This document shows, piece by piece, positions 1 to 13,835 of a stretch of DNA of 64,000 bases. The notes under the pieces are model-generated. The model was not told the origin of the DNA, did not search any database, and saw only the letters and a program-made list of their open reading frames with translations. The position numbers and the translations under genes are program-made. How positions within the stretch are numbered: position 1 is the first letter of the stretch; each line of letters opens with the position of its first letter. Source of the DNA: Octopus vulgaris (lineage: Eukaryota); the NCBI GenBank assembly GCA_951406725.2, contig OX597839.1, positions 11,160,001 to 11,224,000 on the forward strand, in the 5' to 3' direction.

Positions 1-562
1 CTCCACCCAACTCTGTCTCTCTCTAGCCCCATTCCTCCTCACCATTTTTGCTTTTTTTTTTTTCTTATTCTATTCTGCTAAAAAAATTTTTTTATCTGTC
101 ATATATAAACATATTTCATTATTATATAACACCGTGTTATTTATTTTTTTCCTTGGTTATTTTTCTTTCTTTATTATTAAAGTTTAAACAAAAACGACAG
201 AAACAACGTTTAACAAACTGTATTAATATCAAAAATTTATTTAAGACATTTATTTATCTAATTATTTATTATTATTATTATTTTCAAAGATATGAAATTT
301 AATTAAAGATAATATTTTATTGCAATTTTATTCCATTTATTTATTTATTTTGCCTTGTTTTTCTTGCTTCTGTCTGTTTTTCTCCGTATTTGCATAGCGT
401 TCATTTGTATTCACTTACACAGTGTATTGATTTCGTTGTACTTTCTGCTATTCCTGTAGCTTGTTGTCGTAGATTAACATATTCTCTTAGTTGACAGGGG
501 GTGGAGAGCAGTGGGGGCAAATTGGGAGAGTGACTTAGCAAGACAGGCATTTTGTTATAATG

Positions 563-607
<45 letters not shown>

Positions 608-1893
608 GGTGTTTGAGAAATGGAAGGGAGTCGGGGTTTTTTTTATGTTGTTTAAATATATTTTATTGTCGTCATTATGCTGTCTTATTTATTGTGCTGA
701 TTTGAAGTTTGAATGTGGTTATGTTTAGAAAAATGGCCTAAAAGCATTTTTCCTTTCCCCCGCTCCCCTTATTATTTTTTTTTCTTCTTCTTCTTCGTCT
801 TCTTCTTCTCTCCCCCATATGTGAATTTGTGAACAATATGTCCTTATGCACTAACTGAACAGATATTAATGGTGGGGAAAAACAAGACTGAAACAGCATT
901 ATCCTTCATCTCTGGGCTTTAGATTACATTGTAATTAGTCCAAAGCCAGCATCTTCCTCTTTCTCTCTCTGTCTGTCTGTTTCTCTGTCTCTCTTCATCA
1001 TCATCACATTCTGAAATGAGTGATTCATCAGCTTCGTTGTTACAATAAGAAGAAGGTTTTTATTGATTTTTCAGGTACAATTTTGCTGCCAAAAGCTCAG
1101 TGTTCTTCTTTTCAGCAAATTCCCAAGTTTATAAGGTTGAGGAATGTCTCTCCAAAGAGAAACATGATTGCTAACGAATGAGCATCATCAATGAGTCATC
1201 GTCGTTCCAATGAGATAGAGAGAGATAGAGATAAAGAGAGAGAGAGAGTGAGAGAAAGGGAAAAGAGAGAGAGAGAGAAAGATTCCAAGACTGTTTCACT
1301 ATCACTGACTTTTGAATAAGGTGACTCGGTTTACAGGAAAGCTAAACTTAGATAAGTTCTAAATTATATCTAAACCACCACCACCACCATCACCTCCTCC
1401 TAACCCTATCTGTGGCAGCTTTTGGCTGGTGAAAACTGATTATCTTTGGAAGGTGTGTGTATGTGTGTGTGTGTGTGTGTGAATTAGAAACAAGTAATTA
1501 ATCTGAGACTGCAAAGAGGAGGAAATAGCCCATTAATAGTTTGTTTTTAAATATAGCTCAGCTACTGTCTACACAGAGTCAATTAATTTTACATGGAAAA
1601 CTGTAATTAATTATGAAAATAGCCTCTCTTTCCTTTTAGTAGATTATGTATTTTTCTCTGATTTGTTTTGTGTAAATTATTTTAATTTTAATTTGTTCTT
1701 CCTATTGAATCTTATTTATTATTGTTATTGTTGTTGGTATTGAAAAGATAGTTGTTGTTTTAGTTCCAAATCTAGCCTGGATTCAGCAGACCTATAATCT
1801 AGGTATTTCCAGAGATGACCATCCTTGTCTTTTATCTCTAACCTTTTATTAACCATTTCAATCAGGTTCTGTGGCCATGCTGGGGCACCCTCA

Positions 1894-2395
1894 TTAACCC
1901 TTTAGCATTTAAACTGATCCTTTGCAACCCAGATATTCTACTCATTTTGTGTTCTAACTGACCAGATCTAGCCTCTCACACCTAACCTACAATGTCCTAC
2001 AAATGTTACAATTCCATCACCAACATCTTGAACATGCATAATTAATTCAAAACAATGTGAATAAATGAGTATTATATTTGACAAAGGCATAGGAATGGCT
2101 GTGTGGTTAAGATGCTTGCTTCCCAGCGACATAGTTCCAGGTTCAGTCCCAATGCATGGTACCTTGGGCAATTGTCTTCTACTTTAGCCTTGGGCCGGCC
2201 AAACACTTGTGAGTAGATTTGGTAGACAGAAACTGAAAGAAACCCGTTGTGTGTGTGTGTGTGTGTGTGTGTATATTTGTGTGTCTGTGTTTGTCCTCCC
2301 ACTATCACTTGACAACCGATGTTGGTGTGTTTGTGTCCCATTAACTTAATGGTTCATTAATAAAAGAATAAAGTAAACTGAATGCTAAAGGGTAA
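1894..2395. mobile_element. TTAA-flanked piggyBac-like MITE (family C) interrupted by a CORE-type SINE (~2086-2357)
   Basis: Starts TTAACCCTTTAGCATT and ends AATGCTAAAGGGTAA; internal sequence matches the copies at 11029, 18697, 29803 and 30774; SINE head GGCATAGGAATGGCTGTGTGG inserted inside. Confidence 0.8.
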
Positions 2396-2569
2396 AATCT
2401 TTTTGTGCATTGGCCAGGAGCATAAATATTTAATAACAATGTCCTAGCATGGCCACAGCTGAAATTAGTAAAAGTTTTAAAATACTTTTAAAACACCAGG
2501 ATGGCCATGTCTGGCAAACTGTTGGCTTAACAACAAATAACTTTCCAATAACAAGAAATATGTCTTGGA

Positions 2570-2778
2570 CTCTCTTACTCTTTTACTTGTTTCAGTCATT
2601 TGACTGCGGCCATGCTGGAGCACCGCCTTTAGTCGAACAACTCGACCCCGGGACTTGTTCTTTGTAATCCCAGTACTTATTCTATCGCTCTCTTTTGCCG
2701 AACCGCTAAGTGACGGGGACATAAACACACCAGCATCGGTTGTCAAGCAATGCTAGGGGGACAAACACAGACACACAA

Positions 2779-2843
<65 letters not shown>

Positions 2844-3009
2844 TACGACGGGCTTCTTTCAGTTTCCATCTACCAAATCCACTCAGAAGGTTTTGGTTGG
2901 CCCGAGGCTATAGTAGAAGACACTTGCCCAAGGTGCCTTCGCAGTGGGACTGAACCCAGAACCATGTGGTTGGTAAACAAGCTACTTACCACACAGCCAC
3001 TCCTGCACC
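2570..3009 (-). mobile_element. Full-length tRNA-derived CORE-type SINE (family A, OR2-like)
   Basis: Reverse complement of the GGCGCAGGAGTGGCTGTGTGGTAAG...GGTTCAGTCCC head (Pol III A/B boxes), CORE-like CACCTTGGGCAAGTGTCTT, internal (TA)/(TG) tract and GAAACAAGTAAAAGAGT tail; many copies in window. Confidence 0.85.
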
Positions 3010-4717
3010 TGCCCTTTCTTTTTCACTGAGTCAGTGGGATGTGAATTAAAGGCTATTTTCACTGGGTCAGGTAAACTGCATAGTGACTGCCTTCTTATAG
3101 CTCTTCCGTCTATTGTTATAATTAGGCTGAGGGATAAATCTTACTGATTGATGATGATGCTGAGTTAATTAATTAATTATATGCTACCTCCTTCATCATC
3201 ATCAACATCATCATCATTTAATGTCCAAGTTCCATACTGGCATGGGTTAGACAGTTTGTCAGGATCAACTGGTCCAAGGACTGCATTATTATTAGAATGG
3301 GTGGTGTGGTAGTTTTGTCCCTTTATGATCCGAGTTGAAATCTTAAGGATCACCTTTGTCTGGTGATCCTTTTTCTGGGAGCTGGTAAGGTGAGACACTG
3401 ATGTTCGTTGTTGTAGAGCTGATTGTAAGGTGGTTGTTTAACCCCAGGTTAACCTTGAACCAGCAGACCCATGATCAAAGACATTGCAAATCACAACCAG
3501 ACTGTCTTTTATTCAGACATAGTATATCTGAGAATATATTGTCCAATGTGTTCTTCCATTTTAAATTTAGTAGAATGTCATTTTTGTGAAATTTGGCTGC
3601 TACCTTTGCAGACTTGTGTATCGATTTAGATTTCGTTGATGACTCATTGATATGACCTGGAGAGACATTCATGTCTCCACAGGTCAGTTCTAATAAAACA
3701 GACCTATATTCAAAGACGTTCCAGCCATGACATCCTGTTTATGTTTTACTCAGACATAATGTACTTAGGACTACATTATCATGTATGTGTATATGTGTAG
3801 ATATATTATTTCTTTTGTTAAGATTTTGTAGGTAGGATGTTAAGATGAGGGAGACTTGGCTATGATTTCTGGCAGGTTGAGTGTTTTTTCGACTAGCTTT
3901 CACCAGCCTTTCATGTTACCCCACCACCACCACCACCACCACCATCACCACCACCACCACCACCTCCTCTACTTCAGAACAGCTCCAGTGTGGATTTCCT
4001 TTCATCCACATCCTCACCAATTTTTTTTTTTTTTTTTATGATTCCATGATTCCATTAGTTGTTCTAGTTCTTTTTGTTGTTGTTCCTGCTTACCTCACGG
4101 CTCTCCAATCCTTTCCCCATCAGCTGCACTGCCACCACCACCAATACCACCACCACCACCACCGCCACTCCAACTCTTTTGCTTGCTTGGAGTTTCTTGT
4201 TAATGGTTCAACTTTGGTAATGTTGAAGTGGTTGGCTATAGACCCACTCCACATCGTGTCATAACCTTGGTAGTGATGGGTGGGAAAGGGGTGGGCAGGA
4301 GGTGCTGTAGGTTTCTCTTAAACTGATTATCATTTGCCATGTATTTAAATCTTTGTTCTGGATTATTTCACCCCCCCCCCTCTTTATGTGTGTGGCTGTC
4401 CCTTTCTCTTGGCTGAGTATCACTCTCTCACTCCCCCCATCTCTCTCTTTCTCCATTGTCTTTTTCTTTCTCTTGCCCCCCCCCCTGTCTTCAGTTTTGT
4501 TCCTCCCTCTCTCTCTCTCTCTCTCTTTGCTTCCTTGCTTTCATTAATGATTCTTTCTCTCGCTGCCCCTCTTTCCTTCCAATCAAATCTGAAACATCCA
4601 AACATCTTTGCTGACTTTGTCTTCTTTCCCACTTGCCATAAATTACTTCCATCATATATATATATATATATATACATATACATACATATACATATATATA
4701 TATATATACATATATAC

Positions 4718-4765
<48 letters not shown>

Positions 4766-4791
4766 GTATATACATACATATATATATGTAT

Positions 4792-4822
<31 letters not shown>

Positions 4823-4861
4823 TACATACATATATACACACACATGCATATATATATATGC

Positions 4862-4892
<31 letters not shown>

Positions 4893-5182
4893 TACATATA
4901 TACACACACATGCATATATATATGCACATATATACACATACATATATACACACACACGTGTATATACTTGTGTGTGTGTGTGTGTGTGTGTGTGCGCGTG
5001 GGCATGCACACATTCTTTAGCCATCAACTCAACCTGAAAATTACCCTCTTCTCCACCACCTCTCTCATTACCACCACTCCCCCCTGGCCAATGCCTCCAT
5101 TGATTTATTTCAAGCTCTCCCGTTCCAGTTGAATGCAAAAATTTGATTTGATTTTTCTATTTGGAGTTACTTTTTGGAATAT

Positions 5183-5233
<51 letters not shown>

Positions 5234-5624
5234 TAGGGTAGGGGGAGGTCTATTACTTCACTTATGAACATCATACAGTTAATTTTGGTTTCCCCCACCA
5301 TTCCTGGTTTGTAGTATGTTCCAGCAACCAGTTGTTAATAATAAATTTGAACTAATGGGGGAAGCATCCATATAATTGGTTCCCCCAGTCTTCTTGATAT
5401 TGCAGCCAAATCTCCCTCGAACCAGCTTCCTGGTGGCTTTTAGAAAAAGGGACAGTGGAAAATGTAATCCTTGTTACATTGGGTTTTAATTAAAAGACAT
5501 AATGATCATGGTTAGACCACCTTGCATCATAGGTCAGCTGGGAACAGGTTGACCTAATGTTAAACAACATGAATTTCTATTTTTCTCTTGGTCTCCTTTC
5601 TTAGGCTGACAGCCCTTAAACTTC

Positions 5625-5709
5625 TAATTTGAACTCACAACGTAACGACAGACGAAATACGGCTACGCATTTCGCCCGGCGTGCTAACGTTTCTGCCAGC
5701 TCGCCGCCT
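5625..5709 (-). mobile_element. SINE family B head fragment
   Basis: Reverse complement of GGCGGCGAGCTGGCAGAAACGTTAGCACGCCGGGCG. Confidence 0.75.
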
Positions 5710-6063
5710 ACCACAATACCACCACCACTACTTCCCTAACTCATTCCACTCACACATCAATCACTTGTGATCCAGACATTACATGCCGACTTTACATTTG
5801 CTCTTATGATCAGGACTTGGAAAGATCTTCCAGTGAAGTAAAACCAGCCTTGCCTCTTTCAATGAAAGAGATAAAAAAGATTAAAATAAGAGATAATCTA
5901 AAAATCTACAGGCATGGCTATTTAGTTTACAAGTTTGCTTCCCAACCACATGGTTCTTGGTTTAATCCCACTGTGTAGCCTCTTGGACAAGTGTCTCCTG
6001 TAATCCCAGACCAATCAAAGCCTTGTCAGTGGATTTGGTGAGCAGAAACTGATAGAAACTGAA

Positions 6064-6294
6064 GGCGGCGAACTGGCAGAAATGTTAGCACGCCGGGCGA
6101 AATGCTTAGCAGTATTTCGTCTGCCGTTACGTTCTGAGTTCAAATTCTGCCAGGGTTGACTTTGCCTTTCATCCTTTCGGGGTCAATAAATTAAGTACCA
6201 GTCACGCACTGGGGTCAATGTAATCGACTTAATCCGTTTGTGTGTCCTTGTTTGTCCCCTCTGTGTTTAGCCCCTTGTGGGCAATAAAGAAATA
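6064..6294 (+). mobile_element. Full-length tRNA-derived SINE family B (Meta-domain-like) inserted into a family A SINE (~5910-6400)
   Basis: GGCGGCGAACTGGCAGAA head, GAGTTCAAATT B box, GCCTTTCATCCTTTCGGGGTC-ATAAATTAAGTACCAG core, AAAGAAATA tail; AGAAACT-containing duplication on both flanks. Confidence 0.85.
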
Positions 6295-6704
6295 AGAAAC
6301 TAATAGAAACCTGTTGTGTGTGTGTGTTGTACTCCACCACTGCTTGACATCCGGTGTCGGTTTGTTTACATCATCATAACTTAGCAGTTTGGCAACTGAA
6401 ACCAATATCCTCTTTGGGTCAGAGAAATTGGACAGGGTTACTAGTACCACAACTCATTAACTACACCACTGCCACCACTAATTAAATATGTCACCGCCGT
6501 TACTCATTAACCACACTGCTACCACCACGCCTTAATCATACCACTATCACCATGCATTAACTACCCTACCACCACTGCTACCACCAGCACTCCTCAATCC
6601 CAGTACTACTGTTATTACCACCATCACCATCCTACCACTTTGACTACGCTATCACTACTACCTCCAACACCATACAGCCAGTCATCTTTATTACTACCTT
6701 CTAT

Positions 6705-6830
6705 ACCACTCTATCCTTCAGCCGCCTGCACCTTCACTACATAATCACTACTGCACCACCACCACTCTACCCTTCAGCCACCTGCACCTTCACTACATAA
6801 TCACTACTGCACCACCACCACCACCACCAC
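6705..6830. repeat. Tandem duplication (~57 bp) in CAC-rich low-complexity sequence
   Basis: ACCACTCTA(T/C)CCTTCAGCC(G/A)CCTGCACCTTCACTACATAATCACTACTGCACCACC occurs twice. Confidence 0.75.
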
Positions 6831-7376
6831 CACCAGTGCCAACAGTTGTCTATAAAGATTTCTATGACACGTCTTCTGCACCACTGTGCCACTGTCATTT
6901 GAACTCCTTAATTTGTTGTTAAAAACCACAGACAGTTGGAATGGTTATTGCCAGCCAGCCAGCCATTATCACCATAGTTTTTACATGTTGCCAGACAGCA
7001 TTGCACTGTTTCCATGCTTTCTCCAAATATTGTTCTATTTGCCATCACCAGTTTTTCTCTCTCTGAAGGAAATACCTTCTCAGTCTTGTGGGATTTAAAG
7101 ATGGAATTTATATTCTGTTTGTTCTTCACTGAAAGCATTCTAATCAATTCTTTATGCTTGGGGAATATGTTTTATCAAGTTCCCTTGTTAATATTACACG
7201 ATTTCTTCTTGTTTGTTTCTGTTTCATAATTCAGATAGTTTCAGTTCTCTCTCTCTCTCTCTTTTTTTTTTGTAGTTATTTTTGCTACACACAAACACAC
7301 ACACATACATACATACACACACACACATATATATATATACACACGTATATATATATATACATATACATACGTATAC

Positions 7377-7417
<41 letters not shown>

Positions 7418-8773
7418 TATATATATATGTATATACATATATATACGATATAGATAGTTATATATATAATATGTATTCAAATTGGTTCTATGTGATTACT
7501 GCAAGATTATGTCACAGCTCTTCCATAAAGCCATTCTTGTAAGCTAGAGTATCCAGTTTTGTATTATTACCATTTTACCCATATATAAAAGCATCTTCTA
7601 GGTATGTAGGTGGGTGGGAAGATAGGTAGGTACACTACTTACTGTGTAACTTGCTGTGGAATTTGAAATGAATGTTTCATGTAATTGTTACAGACACACA
7701 GTATACATATATATATATATATGCATACATATATACATATACACTTATGCATGCGTATATGCTATTGGAATGGTTATTGCTAGCCAGCCATTATCATCAT
7801 AGCTGTTAGATATTAAGAGGACATGACAAACTTCTCTTGTTGTTGGTAATGTTGGTAACCATAGTAAAATGTACCCAGATATATGTTGTAAAATGGTTGG
7901 TGGTAGGATGGGCATTGAGCCAAGGGAAACATTCCAGAAATAGTTCTCTGACCCTTCTTAGGTGTATGTGTGTACATGCATACATGCATGCATTCTTATG
8001 TATGTGTGTATGTGTAAAAGCAAGCCATGATCATCAAGTATTTTTTTTTTTATTACTATTCAAATGTAGTGTATCTAGGTCTTTAGTAACCAATGTAACC
8101 TTCTCTCTTTTTAAAGCTGTAGAGACGTAATTGTAAGGAAAACTTGGCTTAGTCCCAGTCTTTGTATATTCTATAAATATTTTAATCATTCCAGGGATAG
8201 AAACTGAGTATCTTTTCTCAGTCTAAGAAAACTAGAAACTTAATGAAATTGATCTCTGTTTTTCTGTCCACAAAGTGATAAAAAATGTTGAAGCTCTCCC
8301 CACCATCATTATTGGCTGATGGATATTTCTTTTGTGCTGAGAACGAAAGATATTTGAGATTGTTTGTGGAAAAACTAGGTTTAGAAAACTTCCAGGAGAC
8401 CTAAATATAAACTTTATGGGAATAACCTCCACCTAGTTTATTGTAGCTGTAACAGATGTGAAAGGAGCAACTGTAACATAGGAAAGGTTATGCCTTGCTA
8501 AGGAGGTGTTAATAAGACAAAAACCTGTTTGGAGATGTCACTGTGTTTGCTGAAGGTCAAGTTAATTTTACCCCCATCTTCAACTGCGAGCCAGTTACCT
8601 GACACATACACCCACATGCAGCACTTTGGGCAAGTGTCTTGTACTATAAACTCTGGGCCAACCAAAGCCTTGTGAAGTAACTGGCCTCAACTAATGAACC
8701 ATCTGTTCTGAAATCTCTGCCTCCTTTTATTATGTTACTTTTGCCACTCCCATCATCACTACTTATCAATTCA

Positions 8774-8821
<48 letters not shown>

Positions 8822-8823
<2 letters not shown>

Positions 8824-9099
8824 AAAAGCACCATCCGATCGTGGCCATTGCCAGCCTCACCTGGCCCCCATGCCGGTGGCACGTAAAAAGCACCGTCCGA
8901 TTGTGGCCGTTTGTCAGCCTCGTCTGGCACGTAAAAAGCACTCACTACACTCACGGAGTGGTTGGCGTTAGGAAGGGCATCCAGCCGTAGAAACATTGCC
9001 AGATCAGACTGGGCCTGGTGCAGCCTTCTGGCTTCCCAGACCCCAGTTGGACCGTCCAATCCATGCTAGCATGGAAAGCATACACTAAACGATGATGAT
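8822..9099 (+). mobile_element. Retroposon family E (SINE or LINE 3' end) with (GAT)n tail
   Basis: Repeated CACGTAAAAAGCAC motif, GGTTGGCGTTAGGAAGGGCATCCAG, CCATGCTAGCATGGA and AAACGATGATGAT tail; other copies at 22405 (-), 48465 and 56350. Confidence 0.75.
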
Positions 9100-9106
9100 A
9101 TATATA

Positions 9107-9232
9107 TCTTTCTGTATAAGAGTGTAGGCTCAAGACGTAAAAGACTTTTTCTATTCCTGAGCGTTATACTAATACATCTGTTTGTTTTCTACACCACCTG
9201 TCTTCGTCTTTTGTATCTTTCGTAAACTCTCC
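9107..9232 (+). mobile_element. Short Penelope-like terminal fragment with a degenerate hammerhead motif
   Basis: TCTTT-CTGTATA-A-GAGT-GTAG-GCTC-AAGA-CGTA-AAAGA: stems retained, core mutated; shares TTCCTGAGCGT with the 17745 and 56160 elements; flanked by (TA)n. Confidence 0.55.
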
Positions 9233-9263
<31 letters not shown>

Positions 9264-10297
9264 CACATGCACACACACAGACATAGCTGTATTAAGAAGT
9301 TTGTTTCTCAGCCACATAGTTCCCGGTTCAGTCTCACTGCGTGGCAACTTGAGCAAGTGCCTTGGGCCGACCAACCCCCTCTGCTTGACAACTGGTTTTG
9401 GATTGTTTGCATCCCTTTAACTTGTTCTATCAGTCTCTTTTTGCTGAATTGCTAAATACCAGACTTGAAAAAAATATGTACTGAGGTTGATTTGATTAAA
9501 CCCTTCAGAGCAGTGTCCCAGCATCGCTGCAGTCTAACAACTAAGACAAGTAAAAGAGGTGTGTGTGTGTGTGTGCATGTGTGTATGTTTGTTTAATTCT
9601 GAAAGTAAATACTCCAGTCACATGTAAACTTCCTCTGTGCTGAATTTCTTGGGAGTTCATGATATCTATAAAGATTTAGAAACAGATCTGGGGGAACTTG
9701 TTGCAGGGGACTCAGAAGTGTTGTTTTTAATCTTTTGTATTTACTTATCTTGCCACCCAACCCCTCATTCACAGCTCCTCTCGAAGCACTTTAAGTAGGA
9801 AAAACAACCCTGAAAAGGTTTTCTCATAAAAGTAAATTTTGGCTGGAGAAGCCAGCCATTATCTTCTTCATCATTTCAGCATCTGTTTTTCTTCTTGTTT
9901 ACATCTCTTGGATGACATGTTGGCATAACAGCCTCATTCCATTTAATCCTTGGCCATTTTTGTGTGTCAGCCAAGTTCCTTTAGATCTGCATTCTCCAGC
10001 TTAACCAACCCCACCACATACCCATTCCATGGGCTCTCTGTCTCTTTCTTTCTTCTATCCGCAGACATCTTTTTCTTTTCTCAAAGTCTTCTTCCTGCTT
10101 TTTTTTTAGTTTCTTCACCTCTACTTTTGTCATTTATGTTCTCTGCATATTTATACTTCCCCTTTATAACATTGAATCCCTCCCAACCACACACACTTTA
10201 CTCTTTCTCTCTCTCTCTCACAGACAGTTTCCAGCGTCTCAAGTTTCTGTTACACAGCCATTGTGCCATGTCTTATCTATTATAATTCCAAGCAGAA

Positions 10298-10343
<46 letters not shown>

Positions 10344-10372
10344 ATATATAATTCCAAGCTGAAGTGTGTATA

Positions 10373-10411
<39 letters not shown>

Positions 10412-10710
10412 GTGTGCGTGTGTATACATACACATACACACTTTAGCTTGTGTGTGTGTGTGTGTGTGTGATTACCCTAGTCTTGCCATTTGTTTTTCTT
10501 CATTTGCTGTTATTATCACTAAATTTTCATGAACAGATCTCCTTACCGACATTTGGCCCCCATCCATGATACTTTCTGTCAATAGCAACAAGTCCTCAAA
10601 TTTAGCAGTACAGTGACTGGTAATTTATTTTATTAACCCCTATCCGAGGGATGAAAAATTAAGTTGATTTCAGATTTGATCTTGGAACATAGACCATAAC
10701 CAAATAAGCA

Positions 10711-11315
10711 CAGGCAGGGCAGTGTGGTTAAAAAGCTTGCTTCCCAACCATATGGTCTTGTGTTCAGTTCCACTACATGGCACTTTGGACAAGTATCTTC
10801 TACTAAATAAATCCTTGGACCAACCAAAACCTTGTGTGAGGATTTGATAAATGGAAGCTGAAAGAAGCCCAGTGTGTGTGTGTTTGGGTGTTTGTTTGTC
10901 TCCCTGCTACTGTCTGACAACCACTTCTGGTTTGTTTACATCCCTGTCACTTAGCAGTTTGACAAAAAAGAGAATATCAGAATAAGTACCAGGCTTCAAA
11001 AAATAAATAATGGGGTTGATTTGTTTCATTAACCCTTTAGTGTTCGCATTATTCTGCCAAAATTTGTGCTATTTCATCCACACAGTTTTGAACTAATCAT
11101 GCATTATCTTGTAGCTATGAGATTTTGATGAGGTAGCTGTTAATTTTTAAAACGATATTGTAGGGTGGGTGTGATAGACCAGATCTGGCCAGTTTGAACA
11201 TAAAACAGGTAGAATATTTTTGGCCGGATATGGCCGGTTTAAATGCTAAAGGGTTAAACCCTTCAAGGCGGTGTCCCAACATAGTTGCAGTCTAATGACT
11301 GAAACAAGTAAAAGA
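10711..11315 (+). mobile_element. Diverged SINE family A interrupted by a family C MITE
   Basis: Head, CORE and tail similar to other A copies; tail resumes after 11257. Confidence 0.7.
11029..11257. mobile_element. piggyBac-like MITE (family C)
   Basis: TTAA-CCCTTTAG ... CTAAAGGG-TTAA terminal inverted repeats with TTAA target duplication; closely similar to the copy at ~60855-61081. Confidence 0.85.
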
Positions 11316-11629
11316 TAGAAGATAAACACTACAAGACATGCATTCATGTATGCCCTTAAGGATTCTGCCACTTTGCAGCTCAGTTCCAGTCTGTTACTTT
11401 CAATATTTCTCTCTACCTTTTCTTTTTGTTTATTTCTTAATTCTTTCACCTTGGTCAGTCCATGGTCAGTATTTTGAATTGTTCTGCCACTGTTCCAGTA
11501 CTATGTTCTTGACGAAGTAACTTGTTGAAGGGCAGTGTTGCAATATAGGTATGTCTATTTACCTGTGCCACATAATAATTTTGAAATTTCCAAACAGAAC
11601 GAAGTTCATTAGTTAGATAGTTCACATTA

Positions 11630-11945
11630 TTTCGTAAGGAACATAGGGCTGTAACCATTTCATGCCAGTGGACATCATCTTAGGCTACTTCCTTGATTTT
11701 AGACCAAGAGTGACTGGTTCGTTTCACTTCATCCTTCACACATCCTTTCCAGGTTTTCTTAGCTAGTCCAACCTTCCTTTTTACTTCTGGGTGTCAGTCT
11801 AACACTTGTCTTGCAATTGCTACTTGGAGGTTTCCTTAGAGTGTGAATGATCCGATCCCATTTCCTTTTCAGAATTTCTTGATTGATGGCAATTTGTTTC
11901 TTTCTATCCCACCGGCTTCTGTTTTGAAATTTTGTCCAGCCACCA
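11630..11945 (-). pseudogene. Degenerate RTE-clade LINE ORF C-terminus
   Basis: Frameshifted translation QEILKRKWDRIIHTLRKPPSS / IARQVLD*HPEVKRKVGLAKKTW...WHEMVTALCS resembles the RTE motif RKWxWIGHTLRK...W.P.GKRK.GRP..TW. Confidence 0.7.
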
Positions 11946-12650
11946 GATCTTGAGGTAGAAAGATAAACAAGCATATAGATAGATAGATACATTAACAAAT
12001 ACAAAAACTGATAGACTTCTCCTAGTGAACTCAAAGACAATGTTGTAGAAGAAAAGACCATTCAGCAGTCATCCATGAACAATATTACTGTTTCTTGAAC
12101 ATTACCACATTATGAAAAGGATAGCAGTTTAGTTAACGTTAAAGTACAGTCTAATATTAAATCCTGCTGAGATTAATCTACTTTGCCTTTCATCCTTTCG
12201 GAAGCCATAAGATTAAGTACCAGGTAGCTAATGAGGTCAATTTAATCGATTAACCCTTTCTTTCATATCTGTGGCCTTTTGTTTACATTAGTAACTATTA
12301 TCATTATTGAGATGATGGGCTGGTAGAATTCTCAGAGCATCAAACAAAATGCTTAGCAGTAGTGTTTCTCGTTCTTCACATTCTGAGTTCAAATCCTGCC
12401 CAAGTCAGCTTTGCCTTTTATCCTTTTGGTGGGGTCGATAAAATACAGTATGAATCAAGTAGTAGGTTGTTGTAATTGACTAAGCCCCTCTTCTTCCCCT
12501 TCCCCTCAAAGCTATTGGCTTTGCCTAAACCAGAAAACATTGATAAACTCCTTCTAGAGTCACCGACTCATAGGGCTGGTTTCCTGGTGTCTCTCGCTCT
12601 GTATACTCCCCACTTGACAAAATACTAGTGTGTCACAACAGCCCTTATTT

Positions 12651-13006
12651 GGCCATTTGAGTGAACTGGAACAACGTGGAATGGAGTGGTTGGCTTAAGA
12701 ACGTGCACAACACATTGCCCATCCAGGAAATGAAACCACAATTTTATGACCATAAGTCGAACACTCTGACCACTGAGTCAAACAAATAATACCTTGTTGT
12801 ATTCAATTCCAACCTTTTATGTTCTGGGCCATTTGAGTGAACTGGAACAACGTGGAATGGAGTGGTTTGCTTAAGAACGTGCACAACACATGGCCCGGTC
12901 CAGGAAATGAAACCACAATTTTATGACCATAAGTCGAACAATCTAACCACTGAGTCAAACAAATAATAATACCTTGTGGTATTCAATTCCAACCCTTTAT
13001 GTCCTG
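12651..13006. repeat. Tandem duplication (2 x ~176-180 bp) containing a minus-strand tRNA-SINE head
   Basis: GGCCATTTGAGTGAACTGGAACAACGTGG... unit at 12651 and 12827, nearly identical. Confidence 0.9.
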
Positions 13007-13444
13007 CGTTAATACTCTTTCGAAGGCTGACTTTGCCCTTCGTCTTTCCGGGGTAAATAAAACAAACACCAGTCAAGTAATGATGGTGGCAGATTTAATG
13101 GATGGAGGTAGATTTGATTTACAGTTTCTTCCTCCCACAATTTCTGGTCTTCTGCCTCTCCAACAAATTATTTCCAATGTATATATATATATTTTTTATA
13201 TTTCAAAAATATTTTTCTGATTCATATGCTGCATTTTACTTAAGGCAATTTTGTTTGCAAATCATTTAATGTTTGTTTTTGCTGTTTTCATTTTCTTTAA
13301 GAAAGTGTTCACATATCTTGTTTCTTGTTTGCATCTGTATTGAATTATTTCTGTGTAACTAAAACCACAAGCTGTTTTCTTAAGTTCATTTGTACCATGA
13401 ATTTGTTGCATTCGTTTTTGTTTATTGGGAGGTTTTTTTTCCTG

Positions 13445-13492
<48 letters not shown>

Positions 13493-13802
13493 CATTATTA
13501 TTATTATCATCATTATTATTATTATCATTTCACTCTACTGGATGAAGTTTATACATTTTTTTTTTTGTGTGTTTTCTGTTTTCTTGTTAATAAGATGCTT
13601 TGAATTGTTTTGTTTTGTTTTTAGTTTAGTTAGAGGAATGGAATCAAAGTTCACTTTATTTAACTTACACTTGTTTTCCTACTTAACAGAAATGTCTGCA
13701 GTTTGTACTGTAAACTCTGCTTACACCAACGACAAGCTCTCAAGTTCTTTGTATGTACACGCACACACAAACCCACACACACACAAACCCACACACACAC
13801 AA

Positions 13803-13835
<33 letters not shown>

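Noticed and set aside
2750-2953. Recurrent peptides such as RRASFSFHLPNPL...RGYSRRHLPKVP and FQSFDCGHAGAPPL
   Set aside because: Translations of SINE family A copies, not a gene family
4388-5138. Overlapping YI/HT/CV-repeat ORFs (also near 7.2, 17.9, 32.6, 35.8, 45.5, 49.3 and 53.1 kb)
   Set aside because: Dinucleotide microsatellites lack stop codons; artefacts
7590-7610. TCTTCTAG|GTATGT as a recursive site
   Set aside because: Short pyrimidine tract with an AG ~10 nt upstream and no branch point
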